The position numbers were made by a program, and so were the translations under genes. The notes under the pieces are model-generated. The model searched no databases. It was not told where the DNA came from and saw only the letters and a program-made list of their open reading frames with translations. From the NCBI GenBank assembly GCA_964478715.1, contig CAYZIY010000001.1, positions 73,088 to 137,087 on the forward strand: 64,000 bases of DNA, read 5' to 3'. The stretch is from an uncultured Planctomycetales bacterium (GTDB taxonomy: Bacteria > Omnitrophota > Gorgyraeia > Zapsychrales > JBDRMG01). This document shows, piece after piece, positions 30,721-40,348 of the stretch. Within the stretch, counting starts at the first letter, position 1. Each line of letters begins with the position of its first letter.

Positions 30721-32467
30721 CAAAATGAAAAGGATGATCGATTCAGTAGTCAACAATCGCAAAGCGATTGAGGTAGTCATTCTTGTCTTTGGACTGCTGT
30801 TTTTTTCCCAAAGCCTTTCAGTCCACGGTATTGAATACAGAGATGATGAAATATTCTATTTCAATGCCACCAAAGAAATGAGACAAAACCACGAGTACTT
30901 TTCTCCGACTTATTTTGGGAAAGACCGTTTCGCCAAACCGATTCTCTACTACTGGTTTATTCTCTGGTCATATTCTTTGCTGGGAGTTAGCTGGACGGCC
31001 GCCAGAATCACCTCCGTCATAGCGGCCGCTCTCATTCTGGTTTTGACCTGGCTTATAGCTAGAGATCATTTCGGGAAAAGAGTGGCTTTTACCAGTGTTG
31101 TGATTCTTGCGACCTGTCCCATGTTTTTCCGCCATGCCAAGAATGCCGTTCCCGACATGTCCCTCAATCTTTTTGTTGTGCTGGCCGTTTATGCGGTGAT
31201 CCGGTTTTTAAGAAATCCCAATGAAAAGCAATGGCGCTACGTTTTTTTTGTCTCTTGTGCATTGGGATTTATGATCAAGGGTTTTGCCGCCATCATTATT
31301 CCGTTTCTTGTTTCTATTCTTCTGGGTTTTTTGATGCGCAAAAAGTACTGTCTTAAACAGATGAATTTTCCTCTGGGAATAGCTATTTGCCTGATTATCA
31401 TTCTGCCCTGGTTTCTTTATATGGCTCATCGTCACGGCCAGGAATATTTAACCTATATGATTCAGACCGAAACCCTTGAGCGGACCGTCTCTCAAAGTAC
31501 CCAAAATTCCTTAATCACTTTTGGAAAAACCATAATTCGAAATTTTCTTTTTTATTTTCAATCGCTTATGAGTTATTTTGCTCCGTGGTCAATTTTTATT
31601 TTCGGGGCCGTGATTGTCGCTGTTCGGGATCGGGACCGGGATGAGCGTCATCACAGCGGTTTTCTGATCATGCTTGTCTGGTTTTTCTCGGTGTTGGGAT
31701 TTTTTGCTCTCATTTCTCATCGGATCAATCATTTGATCTTGATTTTGACAACACCTTTTGCTATTCTTATTTCTTATTTTCTGTTTAGAAATTTTGACGG
31801 GATAAGCCCCAAAGAGAAGGCTCTTTCCGTTTATCGTACGGGATTCAGCGTTTTTGTTTTACTTGCCGGGATTATAGGGCTCTTATTCGCAAAACTATTT
31901 TTGCTTGAGGCCCATAAAATATGGCTGGTTATTTTCTTAAGTATTATTGTTTTGTTTGTTGTGGCTTTATTCCGGTTTAAAAGAATATCGGTGCTTCCTT
32001 TATCGCTTGGCGCGATGATGATTTTTTCTTTTAGCCAGACGACGCTTCTCTCTGAGGCCGGATTAACATCTCATTCGGTTTTGCAAAAATTTGCCCGTAG
32101 CATCAAAAACCAAAAAGAGGAATCCTGTCGGATTGCCGTTTTGAGTCATCAGATTCACGAAAAAGAGCTTCAGGCCTATTTTGAGACGCCGGTTGAGAAA
32201 ATAGCTGTTACCGATAATGAACTATCACATCAAAAAATATCCGGCTGGATGAAAACGCCTCAGATTAAGTATCTTGTTATCACCCGGGATGATTGGCAGA
32301 AACTGGATCAAGAGAATTTAACGGATGTTCGGGTCATCAAAAGGGACAAAATTGTCCGCCGACATGTCCGCATCGACCAAGAATTTTTTAAAAATTTACT
32401 ATCCTTGAATCAGGAGGCGATCAAGGATTATTTCTTTGAGTCAATTTTGCTGATCAAAAAGGAGTGA
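30713..32467 (+). CDS. GT-C fold glycosyltransferase, ArnT/PMT-like (GT39/GT83)
   Basis: 584 aa, polytopic, with the acidic DDE motif in the first periplasmic loop (YRDDEIFYF) and a C-terminal soluble domain. Confidence 0.6.
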   Translation: MYDKMKRMIDSVVNNRKAIEVVILVFGLLFFSQSLSVHGIEYRDDEIFYFNATKEMRQNHEYFSPTYFGKDRFAKPILYYWFILWSYSLLGVSWTAARITSVIAAALILVLTWLIARDHFGKRVAFTSVVILATCPMFFRHAKNAVPDMSLNLFVVLAVYAVIRFLRNPNEKQWRYVFFVSCALGFMIKGFAAIIIPFLVSILLGFLMRKKYCLKQMNFPLGIAICLIIILPWFLYMAHRHGQEYLTYMIQTETLERTVSQSTQNSLITFGKTIIRNFLFYFQSLMSYFAPWSIFIFGAVIVAVRDRDRDERHHSGFLIMLVWFFSVLGFFALISHRINHLILILTTPFAILISYFLFRNFDGISPKEKALSVYRTGFSVFVLLAGIIGLLFAKLFLLEAHKIWLVIFLSIIVLFVVALFRFKRISVLPLSLGAMMIFSFSQTTLLSEAGLTSHSVLQKFARSIKNQKEESCRIAVLSHQIHEKELQAYFETPVEKIAVTDNELSHQKISGWMKTPQIKYLVITRDDWQKLDQENLTDVRVIKRDKIVRRHVRIDQEFFKNLLSLNQEAIKDYFFESILLIKKE

Positions 32468-32468
32468 G

Positions 32469-33155
32469 ATGCCGATATATTCTATTGTTATTCCAATTTA
32501 CAATGAAGAAGATTCGATTGATCCGCTTGTCGGGGAGATGACCGGAGTCATGAACACCATGGGAGATTCCTATGAGATAATTTTTGTGAATGATGGGTCG
32601 GATGATCGCTCTTTGGCTCTCATGGAACATTATCAGAAAAAAGACAATCAGATCTTTCATCTTATTGATGGAAAGAAAAGAAAAGGCCAGACACTGGCTC
32701 TGCGAGACGGACTTTTCGCCGCCAGAGGTGATTTGATTATTACTATGGACGCGGATCTTCAGAATGATCCGAAAGATATTCCGGCCATGGTGGACAAGCT
32801 TAAAGAGGGATACGATGTGGTCTGTGGCTGGCGCAAAGGACGGCAGGATAAACCGCTTAAGAGGTTTCTGTCAAAATTTGGCAATTATCTGCAGCGTATT
32901 ATTTCGGGGATGCGTATTCACGATGTTTCCTGCACATTACGATTATACCGCAGGGAGTGTATTGATAAATTAAACTTGGGCTGGGAGGGTCAGCATCGGT
33001 TTATCCCTTTAATCCTTAAGAAAAAAGGGTTTAAGATCGGAGAAATTGTCAGCCACCATCGGAATCGGCAGTTTGGCCGTTCGAAATACAATCATAAACG
33101 AATTTTTAAAGTGATGGCCGATTTTTTCCGTATTCTCTGGGGGAGAAAAGCATGA
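32469..33155 (+). CDS. GT2 polyprenyl-phosphate glycosyltransferase (ArnC/DPM1-like)
   Basis: 228 aa; SIVIPIYNEEDSI and DAD motifs; sits between the GT-C enzyme and the LAB_N protein. Confidence 0.75.
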   Translation: MPIYSIVIPIYNEEDSIDPLVGEMTGVMNTMGDSYEIIFVNDGSDDRSLALMEHYQKKDNQIFHLIDGKKRKGQTLALRDGLFAARGDLIITMDADLQNDPKDIPAMVDKLKEGYDVVCGWRKGRQDKPLKRFLSKFGNYLQRIISGMRIHDVSCTLRLYRRECIDKLNLGWEGQHRFIPLILKKKGFKIGEIVSHHRNRQFGRSKYNHKRIFKVMADFFRILWGRKA

Positions 33156-33430
33156 TCAACGGATGGATAATTTTTGGATTTTTCGGACAACTGCTTTTTG
33201 GGATGCGTTTTATCATTCAATGGATTTGTTCCGAAAAAAGAAAACGCAGCTATATCCCGCTGGTTTTTTGGTATTTAAGTATTAGCGGGGGGGTCATCTT
33301 ATTTATTTATGCAATCCACCGGCAAGATCCGGTTTTTATTGTCGGACAGGGGATGGGGCTTTTCATTTATGTCCGCAATTTGTTCTTAATTGCACAGCAC
33401 AAGAAAAATAATCCTAAATCGGAAATCTAA
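33152..33430 (+). CDS. Lipid-A-disaccharide synthase N-terminal-like domain protein (LAB_N, small membrane protein)
   Basis: 92 aa; FGQLLFGMRFIIQWICSEKRKRSYIPLVFWYLSI...FIVGQGMGLFIYVRNL matches the LAB_N pattern. Confidence 0.5.
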   Translation: MINGWIIFGFFGQLLFGMRFIIQWICSEKRKRSYIPLVFWYLSISGGVILFIYAIHRQDPVFIVGQGMGLFIYVRNLFLIAQHKKNNPKSEI

Positions 33431-33447
33431 CATTCCTGGAGGTTGTC

Positions 33448-33741
33448 ATGAAAAAAATAATTCTTTCTCTGATTATGGTTATTCTTATCAGCTCTGCATG
33501 TTTTGCATTTAAGCCCGCAATAAATGTTTTGTCAAAAGCCGAAATAGGAAAGTTGAGCGATCAGGCACTCAATGAGGCCTATATTGACGTGGAAGTGGAG
33601 ATAGATGCATTAAAAACATTTCATACTACCAGCGGTTTTATGCCGAAAGATTATGAAAAGTTTAAAGAAATATTGCGGTACCGGATATTTTTAATTCAAG
33701 AAATGGATAAAAGGAACATTGATGTTCCGCGGGTCCGATAG
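33448..33741 (+). CDS. Small secreted hypothetical protein (97 aa)
   Basis: Signal peptide; no recognisable domain. Confidence 0.35.
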   Translation: MKKIILSLIMVILISSACFAFKPAINVLSKAEIGKLSDQALNEAYIDVEVEIDALKTFHTTSGFMPKDYEKFKEILRYRIFLIQEMDKRNIDVPRVR

Positions 33742-33791
33742 ACGCGTTTTTACTGAACCCCTAAGATTTTTAAAGAAGGGAATGATCAGCA

Positions 33792-34355
33792 ATGAATGAA
33801 CCTAAGACCGATCAAGCGAGAGAGGATCTACTCAATATTCTAAGAAGGGATGCGTATTTTCAGGAAAAAATCATTTTGTCATCCGGAAAAGAAAGTAATT
33901 ATTATATCGACGCCAGACGTGTGACTTTATCGGCCCGGGGCGCTTATTTATGCGCGCAGGTGATCTTGAGCATGATTCGCAGCGATCATCCCGATGCTCT
34001 CGGTGGGCCAACGATGGGCGCAGATCCCTTGGTCGGCGCTATTGCCGCGGTCAGCTTTGCTCAAGGATGCCCGGTTGATGTTTTTATTATTCGCAAGAAA
34101 CCAAAAGCTTATGGCAAACAACAGCAGATTGAGGGTCCGCTGTTCAAAGAGAACTCGCGGGTGATTTTGATCGATGATGTGGCCACAACCGGAAAGTCCC
34201 TTGTGGAATCGATTGATGTTTTAGAAAAAATGAGTATCAGGGTTTCTAAAGCCCTTTGTCTTGTCGATCGCGGTGAGGGGGCTCGTGAAGTGCTCTCCGG
34301 CAAAGGATGCGAGCTTTGCTCGGTCTTTACTTTATCTGATTTTCGCAACAGTTAA
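33792..34355 (+). CDS. pyrE: Orotate phosphoribosyltransferase
   Basis: 187 aa type I PRTase with a PRPP motif (VILIDDVATTGKS). Confidence 0.7.
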   Translation: MNEPKTDQAREDLLNILRRDAYFQEKIILSSGKESNYYIDARRVTLSARGAYLCAQVILSMIRSDHPDALGGPTMGADPLVGAIAAVSFAQGCPVDVFIIRKKPKAYGKQQQIEGPLFKENSRVILIDDVATTGKSLVESIDVLEKMSIRVSKALCLVDRGEGAREVLSGKGCELCSVFTLSDFRNS

Positions 34356-34370
34356 TCTTGTAATCCCATC

Positions 34371-35702
34371 ATGCCTAAGAAGTCAAAAATTATTTTGGCG
34401 TCGACTTCCAGACAGCGGCTGAAGCTCATGCGGCAGGCGGGTTTCTCTTTTACTGTCCAAAGAAGTTCGGTTGAAGAAAGAAGAGATAAGAAAGGCGGTT
34501 GCGCTGAGCTGGTCAAGCACAATGCTTTATTGAAAGCGAAAGATGTCGCGCAGAATCAGAAAAACGCGATAGTGATCGGCGCCGATACTCTGGCCTATGC
34601 TGGAGATGGCCGGATTATTGGCAAGCCCCGCGATATTAAAGAGGCTAAAAAGGTTCTCCGGATTCTCTGCAGCCGACCGCAATGGATTTATACCGGTGTC
34701 GCCCTTATCAATACCCGCACCAATAAAGTGCTGACGGATTATGAAAAGACAAAAGTTTTTATGCGCAAGCTTGGCAACCGGGAGATCGATCGCTATTATC
34801 AGATGATTTCTCCTTTCGATAAAGCCGGTGGTTTTGATATTGAAGGAAAGGGGAGTCTTTTTATCGAGCGTATTGAAGGTTGTTTTTCCAATGTGGTTGG
34901 TTTGCCGATTGCCAAACTGTGCAAAATGCTCCAAGAAATAGGAGTTCGTATCCTTTCATTAATACTGATCTGCCTGTGCTTTGGCTGCGCGACAGAATAT
35001 AATTTGGCGACACAGAAGCAGGAGACGTATCTTTATTCAACAGAAAAAGAAGCGGCAATGGGAGCAAATATGGCCATGGGGCTGGAGAAAGAATACAAGA
35101 TCAGCGACAACACCTTGATCCATCAGAGACTTCAGGAAATCGGAGACCGCCTGGTTGCGGTTTGCGATCGCAAAGATCTTGTCTTCACATTTAAAGTGAT
35201 CGACGACAAAGAGATTGTCAATGCCCTGGCTTTACCGGGAGGTTTTATCTATATCTTTCAGGGATTGATTAAAGAGACAGCCAGTGATGATGAACTGGCT
35301 TCCGTTTTAGCCCATGAAATCGGCCATGTGGCGGCCCGGCATAATATCAAGAAGATCCAGACTCTTTATGGCTATACTTTTCTGAAACTACTGGCTATGC
35401 AAACCAATGATCCGGATGCCGTTAAAGGTGTTGATGCCGCTTTTCTGACCGCCTTTACCGCTTATTCGCAGAACGATGAGCTCGAAGCGGACCGTTTGAG
35501 CGTTAAATATTTGAAACGAGCAGGCTATGATCCCATGGCGACAGTGAGTATGCTGAAAACTCTTAAGCGATTACAGGAGAAAGAACCAACTCGTAAGCAC
35601 AGCTATTGGCGGACTCACCCTTATCTCTCCAAACGTATTGCGGCCGCGCGTCAGGCGGTTTCCGGGAAAATGGAATTCAGGGATTATATCAATATCCGAT
35701 GA
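34371..35702 (+). CDS. maf: Apparent fusion of Maf nucleoside-triphosphate pyrophosphatase (aa 1-190) with an M48 Zn-metalloprotease (aa 186-443); an internal signal-peptide-like segment suggests an alternative start at 34926
   Basis: A Maf fold with a conserved N-terminus is followed in the same frame, with no stop, by MLQEIGVRILSLILICLCFGCAT (signal-peptide or lipobox-like). Then comes an M48 domain with HEIGH (about 35311-35325). Confidence 0.6.
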   Translation: MPKKSKIILASTSRQRLKLMRQAGFSFTVQRSSVEERRDKKGGCAELVKHNALLKAKDVAQNQKNAIVIGADTLAYAGDGRIIGKPRDIKEAKKVLRILCSRPQWIYTGVALINTRTNKVLTDYEKTKVFMRKLGNREIDRYYQMISPFDKAGGFDIEGKGSLFIERIEGCFSNVVGLPIAKLCKMLQEIGVRILSLILICLCFGCATEYNLATQKQETYLYSTEKEAAMGANMAMGLEKEYKISDNTLIHQRLQEIGDRLVAVCDRKDLVFTFKVIDDKEIVNALALPGGFIYIFQGLIKETASDDELASVLAHEIGHVAARHNIKKIQTLYGYTFLKLLAMQTNDPDAVKGVDAAFLTAFTAYSQNDELEADRLSVKYLKRAGYDPMATVSMLKTLKRLQEKEPTRKHSYWRTHPYLSKRIAAARQAVSGKMEFRDYINIR

Positions 35703-36166
35703 AAACAAGACTCGTTATCTTGTGGTTGATTCTGGCTGTTGTAGTGATTTATTTCACTCTACTTTCTGGTTGTCAGAAATCGAAAAACATGCAAATACCT
35801 TTTGTTTGTTTTGAGCAGGCATGCATTAATGTTGAGCTGGCGATTGATCAGCCGATGCGAACAAAGGGTCTGATGGGCCGATCCGATCTCGCTGAGAATC
35901 GGGGCATGCTTTTTGTCTTTGATTCTTTGGGGAGACATTCTTTCTGGATGAAAAATACCTTGATTAATCTGGATATGATTTGGATGGATGCCCGCAGAAA
36001 AGTTATTCATATCGAGGAAGACGTTCCTCCCTGCAGGCAACGTAACTGCCCGGTCTACATCCCTGAAGAGGAAGCCCTTTATGTTTTGGAGGTCAATGCC
36101 GGATGGAGTGACAAGCATGATCTTAAGAAAGGGCAGTTCGCGCAGTTTTATATCAACAATCCATAG
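35699..36166 (+). CDS. DUF192 domain protein, membrane-anchored
   Basis: DUF192 signature (GLMGRSDLAENRGMLFVFDS...FWMKNTLINLDMIWMD); ATGA overlap with the previous gene. Confidence 0.55.
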   Translation: MKTRLVILWLILAVVVIYFTLLSGCQKSKNMQIPFVCFEQACINVELAIDQPMRTKGLMGRSDLAENRGMLFVFDSLGRHSFWMKNTLINLDMIWMDARRKVIHIEEDVPPCRQRNCPVYIPEEEALYVLEVNAGWSDKHDLKKGQFAQFYINNP

Positions 36167-36198
36167 AAAAGAACAGGGTCTTTTGATAAAATATACGC

Positions 36199-37692
36199 AT
36201 GATCATTGAACTCAATATTTTTGACCCCATCCAGTATGAACTGAATCCTTTCTTTATTCCGCCGTTTCTTATCGCTTGTTTAGTTTTATTTTTTGGTTTT
36301 TTTGTGTTGAGCTTGGAACGCCGCTCTCCTTTTAACAGATCCTTTCTTTATCTTTGTATCAGCACAAGCGTTTGGCTGGGTGGACAGAGTCTGATTTTAA
36401 GCGGAAAATACCAAAATATTATATTTTTCTGGTCGAGGATTATGTATGTCGGTCTCATTTTTATTGCCGCGACTCTTTTGCATCTTTCTGTCGCTTACAC
36501 AGACAGATTACAGAAAGAAAAACAGACGATAGCTTTGAATTATGTTTTTGCCTGCGGGCTTTCTTTGATTCTCTGGAAACCCGGAATTTTTACAGGCTTA
36601 AGGCATTACCAGTGGGGCGCTTATCCGGATGCCGGTGGACCAGCGCCTTATTTTTTAATTTTTCTATTATTTTGTCCGATTTTAGGATTAGCGAATTTGA
36701 TCAGCTATTACCGCAAAGCATCAACGATTCTGGTCAGAAAACGCACGAAACATCTGATGATCGGATTTATTTTTGTTTCTCTAAGCAATGTCGATATTGT
36801 CCCTAGCTATGGGTTGGCGATTTATCCTTTTGGCTATATTGCCGTATTGTGTTTTATTCTCAGCATTATTTACTCTATCATCAAGTACCACAACTTGATG
36901 GTTCAGAGTTATTCCCTGGAATTGAGAGAAGAAGTGGATAAAAAAACCCGGCAACTTTCCGGAGCTGTTGAACAGCTTAAGGCGACACAGGTCAAGCTTT
37001 TTGAGACTGGGAAGATTTCGGCTATGGCTTCTTTGAGCGCGGGCATTCTCCACCAAATTAGCCAGCCGATCACCGCGATTCACGGATTTGTAAAATTTAT
37101 GCGCAAGGAAATGAAAGAAAACGATCCTTTTTTTAAACCCGTCATCTTAATGGATGAGCAGAGCCAGTATTTAAAGAGCATGCTCGAAGATTTAATGGAA
37201 TTAATCCGTCATAGAAAGATCAAGAAGGATTACGTCAATGTGAATCAATCGCTTAAAAAAGCGGTTGACTTGCTGACTGATGAGATCAGGATCCGTCGCG
37301 TTGAACTGCAGGTGAATATGGCTGAGTCCCTGCCGACGGTTTATGCCGATGCGATTCATCTGCAGCAGATCTTCATGAATATTATGGTCAATGCCATTCA
37401 GGCGCTCAGCAATCTGGAAAAAGGCGCTCTAAGACGTCTTTTAGTTGTGACTCGCTACGAAGAGACTGCTCAAGAGGTTGTGATCGCCTTTCGTGATTCG
37501 GGACCGGGTCTCAGTCAAGATGACAAAAATAATGTCTTTGAACCCTTCTTTTCTACAAAAACAAAAGGATCGGGTATCGGCTTGGCCTTATGTAAAGATC
37601 TGATTGCAGAGCATGGCGGAACTATTGATGTGGTTAGCGACGGTTGGCAGGGAGCGACGTTTGTGATCAAGATTCCCAAGGCGACGCCTTAA
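36199..37692 (+). CDS. Sensor histidine kinase with N-terminal polytopic (about 7-TM) membrane sensor domain
   Basis: About 220 aa of TM helices, then HisKA (ILHQISQPITAIHGF) and HATPase_c (N, G1 DSGPG, G2 GSGIGL boxes). Confidence 0.8.
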   Translation: MIIELNIFDPIQYELNPFFIPPFLIACLVLFFGFFVLSLERRSPFNRSFLYLCISTSVWLGGQSLILSGKYQNIIFFWSRIMYVGLIFIAATLLHLSVAYTDRLQKEKQTIALNYVFACGLSLILWKPGIFTGLRHYQWGAYPDAGGPAPYFLIFLLFCPILGLANLISYYRKASTILVRKRTKHLMIGFIFVSLSNVDIVPSYGLAIYPFGYIAVLCFILSIIYSIIKYHNLMVQSYSLELREEVDKKTRQLSGAVEQLKATQVKLFETGKISAMASLSAGILHQISQPITAIHGFVKFMRKEMKENDPFFKPVILMDEQSQYLKSMLEDLMELIRHRKIKKDYVNVNQSLKKAVDLLTDEIRIRRVELQVNMAESLPTVYADAIHLQQIFMNIMVNAIQALSNLEKGALRRLLVVTRYEETAQEVVIAFRDSGPGLSQDDKNNVFEPFFSTKTKGSGIGLALCKDLIAEHGGTIDVVSDGWQGATFVIKIPKATP

Positions 37693-37748
37693 AGAATGAT
37701 GATAAAATAGCTTTTCCTGGGTCGAAATTCATCTTATAATAGGGACCA

Positions 37749-38123
37749 ATGGCAGAAAAATTGAATATTTTGGTTGTTGACGATAAACGTGTGATCGGAG
37801 ATCTATTCGAGTTTACACTCGGACATCGCGGACATCGGGTTGTTTACTGTGATCAGGCCCGCTTAGCCTGCGAAGCCGTCAAAAGAGAAGATTTTGATAT
37901 TGCCTTCATTGATGTGGTCATGCCGGGAATCGAAGGTGAAGACGTTTATAAAACCATCAATAAGATAGCCCCCAATCTTCCGATTGTGATAATGAGCGGA
38001 TATTCGGTAGACGACAAAAGAAAAGAAGCGATCGAAATGGGGGCTGTTGCCTGCCTGAAAAAGCCTTTCGAAATGGATGAAGCCATCAAGATCATTAAAG
38101 GAATATTCGGAAAAGAGATTTAA
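37749..38123 (+). CDS. Single-domain response regulator (CheY-like receiver)
   Basis: 124 aa REC only; DD pair, phospho-acceptor Asp in FIDVVMP, conserved Lys near the C-terminus. Confidence 0.8.
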   Translation: MAEKLNILVVDDKRVIGDLFEFTLGHRGHRVVYCDQARLACEAVKREDFDIAFIDVVMPGIEGEDVYKTINKIAPNLPIVIMSGYSVDDKRKEAIEMGAVACLKKPFEMDEAIKIIKGIFGKEI

Positions 38124-38204
38124 AGTACCGGAAGTCTCATTTTATTTTACTCTACCCAGGATTAACAATAACGACTTACCGTTTTAATCGCTCGGAGATG
38201 GTTA

Positions 38205-38579
38205 GTGTATAAAAAATTAAATATTCTTGTTATCGATGATGTTAAGATCATTGCTGATTTCTTTGAGTATACTCTCGGGCTGCATGGGCATAGGATCACG
38301 TTTGCTGAGAGTGCTTTGCGGGCTTTTGAAGCCGTACGCCACAATTCGTTCGACATTGTTTTTCTGGATATTGTCATGCCGCACATAGACGGGGTCCAAA
38401 CTTTCAAAACCATTTGTTCTCTGAAGCCGGATCTGCCCATTGTTGTGATCAGCGGATATTCAACGGAGGCCAAAAGAAAAGAAATCATCGAACTTGGTGC
38501 GGTTGCTTGTCTGGTCAAGCCCTTCTACATGGATGATATCAAGCAAATTATTCACGGAGTTTTAGGAGTCGAAGCATAG
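38205..38579 (+). CDS. Single-domain response regulator (tandem paralog)
   Basis: 124 aa, similar to the previous REC over its whole length. Confidence 0.8.
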   Translation: MYKKLNILVIDDVKIIADFFEYTLGLHGHRITFAESALRAFEAVRHNSFDIVFLDIVMPHIDGVQTFKTICSLKPDLPIVVISGYSTEAKRKEIIELGAVACLVKPFYMDDIKQIIHGVLGVEA

Positions 38580-38585
38580 GATTTT

Positions 38586-39998
38586 CTAGATTTTCGGCCG
38601 GTAAATTGAAAGACTGCTTCCCAAAATCATTTCAGAGCATTCGCTCAAAGTTTCCGAAAGCGTAGGATGGGGATGGATGACAGTGGTTAAATCGTGTGCC
38701 GTTAGGCCCTGTTCAATGGCGCAGACGGCTTCACCGATCAGCTCTCCGGCGTTTACCCCCACGATGCATGCTCCGAGAATCTTTTTTGATGTACGGTCAC
38801 AGATGATTTTTGTAAAACCTTCACAGCGATTGAGGGTAACCGCACGTCCGCAAGCCATCCAAGGATAACGGCCCACATCTACAGTGAACCCTTTTAAGTC
38901 GGCTTCTTTTTCTGTTAATCCGCACCAGGCTACCTCGGGATCAGTGAAAATAACGTTGGGGATAGTTTTTCCCGAAGGATCAAAACGGCGGCCGGCAATC
39001 GATTCGGCCACAGCCTTTCCTTCGAAAGAAGCTTTGTGGGCAAGCATCGGTCCTTTTACCACATCGCCCAGAGCATAAATTTCGCAGGCAGAGGTTTGAT
39101 AAGAGGAATCGATCTGAATTTTTCCTTTTTCATCGCAAGCGATCGAGGCATGGGCAAGTCCTAAGGTTTCCGTGCGGACTTCGCGGCCAGTAGCTACGAT
39201 GACGCGGTCAAAAAGTTGTTCGCGAATGTCCAGCCCTTGAAAACGGACAATCAGTCCTTTGTCTGTTTCTTTGAAATCAACAACCTTTGTACGAAGAAAA
39301 ATATTTTCAAAAATTTCTCTTAATTTTTTATTGAGGACCTGCAAGACGTCCTGATCACTGCCGGGAAGAAGAGACTCGGTCATCTCGACGATGGTGACCT
39401 TTGAACCCAGAGCGCTGTAGATCGTGCCCATCTCAAGCCCGATATAACCTCCGCCGATAACCAGGAGTCTTTCTGGAATATCTCTGATATTCAGGGCCGA
39501 AGTAGAATTCATCAGACGGTCGGAAGAAAGAGGAGTCTGAAGATTGCGCGGGCTGGATCCTGTAGCAATAACGGCTTTTTCAAAAGAAAGTTGTTTCTTT
39601 GAACCGTCAATTTTTTCTATGATGATTTGACGTGGTCCCGTGAAAGAGGCCTGTCCCTGAATCAGATCGATATTACGCCGGTGAGCCAGTTGTTTGAGTC
39701 CGGTTTCCAGTCTGGCGATTACGCTGTCTTTACGTGTTCGCAGGCGCGAGAGATCAATTTTGGGATCAGAAAAAGTGACTCCATAGTCTTGAGCCTCTTT
39801 GGATTCCCGGATGATTCTTGCGGCATGAAGAAGGGTTTTTGACGGAATACATCCTTCACGCAAGCAAATACCGCCCAGTCTCGGACTTTGATCAATGAGA
39901 GTGACCTTAAGGCCCAAATCGGCAGCCCGGAAAGCTGCGGCCGATCCGCCAGGACCAGCGCCGATTACAAGAAGTTGGGAATGATTATGGTTTTCCAT
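38586..39998 (-). CDS. lpd: Dihydrolipoyl dehydrogenase-like FAD/NAD(P) disulfide oxidoreductase
   Basis: 470 aa; FAD GxGxxG at the N-terminus, redox-active CLREGCIPSK, a second NAD Rossmann fold and a C-terminal dimerisation domain. No E1/E2 neighbours, so the physiological partner is uncertain. Confidence 0.65.
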   Translation of the reverse strand: MENHNHSQLLVIGAGPGGSAAAFRAADLGLKVTLIDQSPRLGGICLREGCIPSKTLLHAARIIRESKEAQDYGVTFSDPKIDLSRLRTRKDSVIARLETGLKQLAHRRNIDLIQGQASFTGPRQIIIEKIDGSKKQLSFEKAVIATGSSPRNLQTPLSSDRLMNSTSALNIRDIPERLLVIGGGYIGLEMGTIYSALGSKVTIVEMTESLLPGSDQDVLQVLNKKLREIFENIFLRTKVVDFKETDKGLIVRFQGLDIREQLFDRVIVATGREVRTETLGLAHASIACDEKGKIQIDSSYQTSACEIYALGDVVKGPMLAHKASFEGKAVAESIAGRRFDPSGKTIPNVIFTDPEVAWCGLTEKEADLKGFTVDVGRYPWMACGRAVTLNRCEGFTKIICDRTSKKILGACIVGVNAGELIGEAVCAIEQGLTAHDLTTVIHPHPTLSETLSECSEMILGSSLSIYRPKI

Positions 39999-40025
39999 TT
40001 ATTAGAAAAGAGGTATCAGTAAATA

Positions 40026-40109
40026 TGCTGGAGGAGAGACTCGAACTCTCACGGGATCACTCCCACACGCCCCTGAAACGTGCGTGTCTACCAATTTCAC
40101 CACTCCAGC
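40026..40109 (-). tRNA. tRNA-Leu (anticodon CAG), type II with long variable arm; CCA not encoded
   Basis: The reverse complement reads GCTGGAG-TG-GTGAAATTGGTAGACAC-G-CACGT-TTCAGGG-GCGTG-(17-nt variable arm)-GAGAG-TTCGAGT-CTCTC-CTCCAGC-A, a cloverleaf with a 7-bp acceptor stem and a T-loop TTCGAGT. Confidence 0.8.
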
Positions 40110-40348
40110 TCTACTTCGATAAATTGCTTTCGCGTTTAGCTTCGTAGAGCTTTTACGCTCCATGAAATAACAACGCAAATATTTCTAGTTTTTTGAAGAT
40201 TCCAAACAAAAATTTTGCTTCACACTGAGTGTTTTTCTTCATCAGTGCTCGGCACGAGGTGGAGCGTAGAAGAATCAATTTCATCACTCCATCTTTCTTT
40301 CGATCAAATATGCCTCAGTATACTTAAGAATTTGATAGCTGTCAATGA

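Noticed and set aside
36354-36806. 150-aa + strand ORF in an alternate frame within the histidine kinase gene
   Set aside because: It overlaps the HK membrane domain, whose TM pattern is coherent in the main frame; alternate-frame artefact.
38162-38518. 118-aa minus-strand ORF covering the second tandem receiver gene
   Set aside because: Antisense to a clear REC domain CDS.
40110-40348. 240-nt non-coding gap next to tRNA-Leu, inspected for a structured ncRNA (SRP RNA, 6S, RNase P)
   Set aside because: No conserved SRP-domain-IV, 6S or RNase P motifs were seen, only a short imperfect inverted repeat (AGCTCTAC...GTAGAGCT). It is most likely the tRNA and divergent transporter promoter region.
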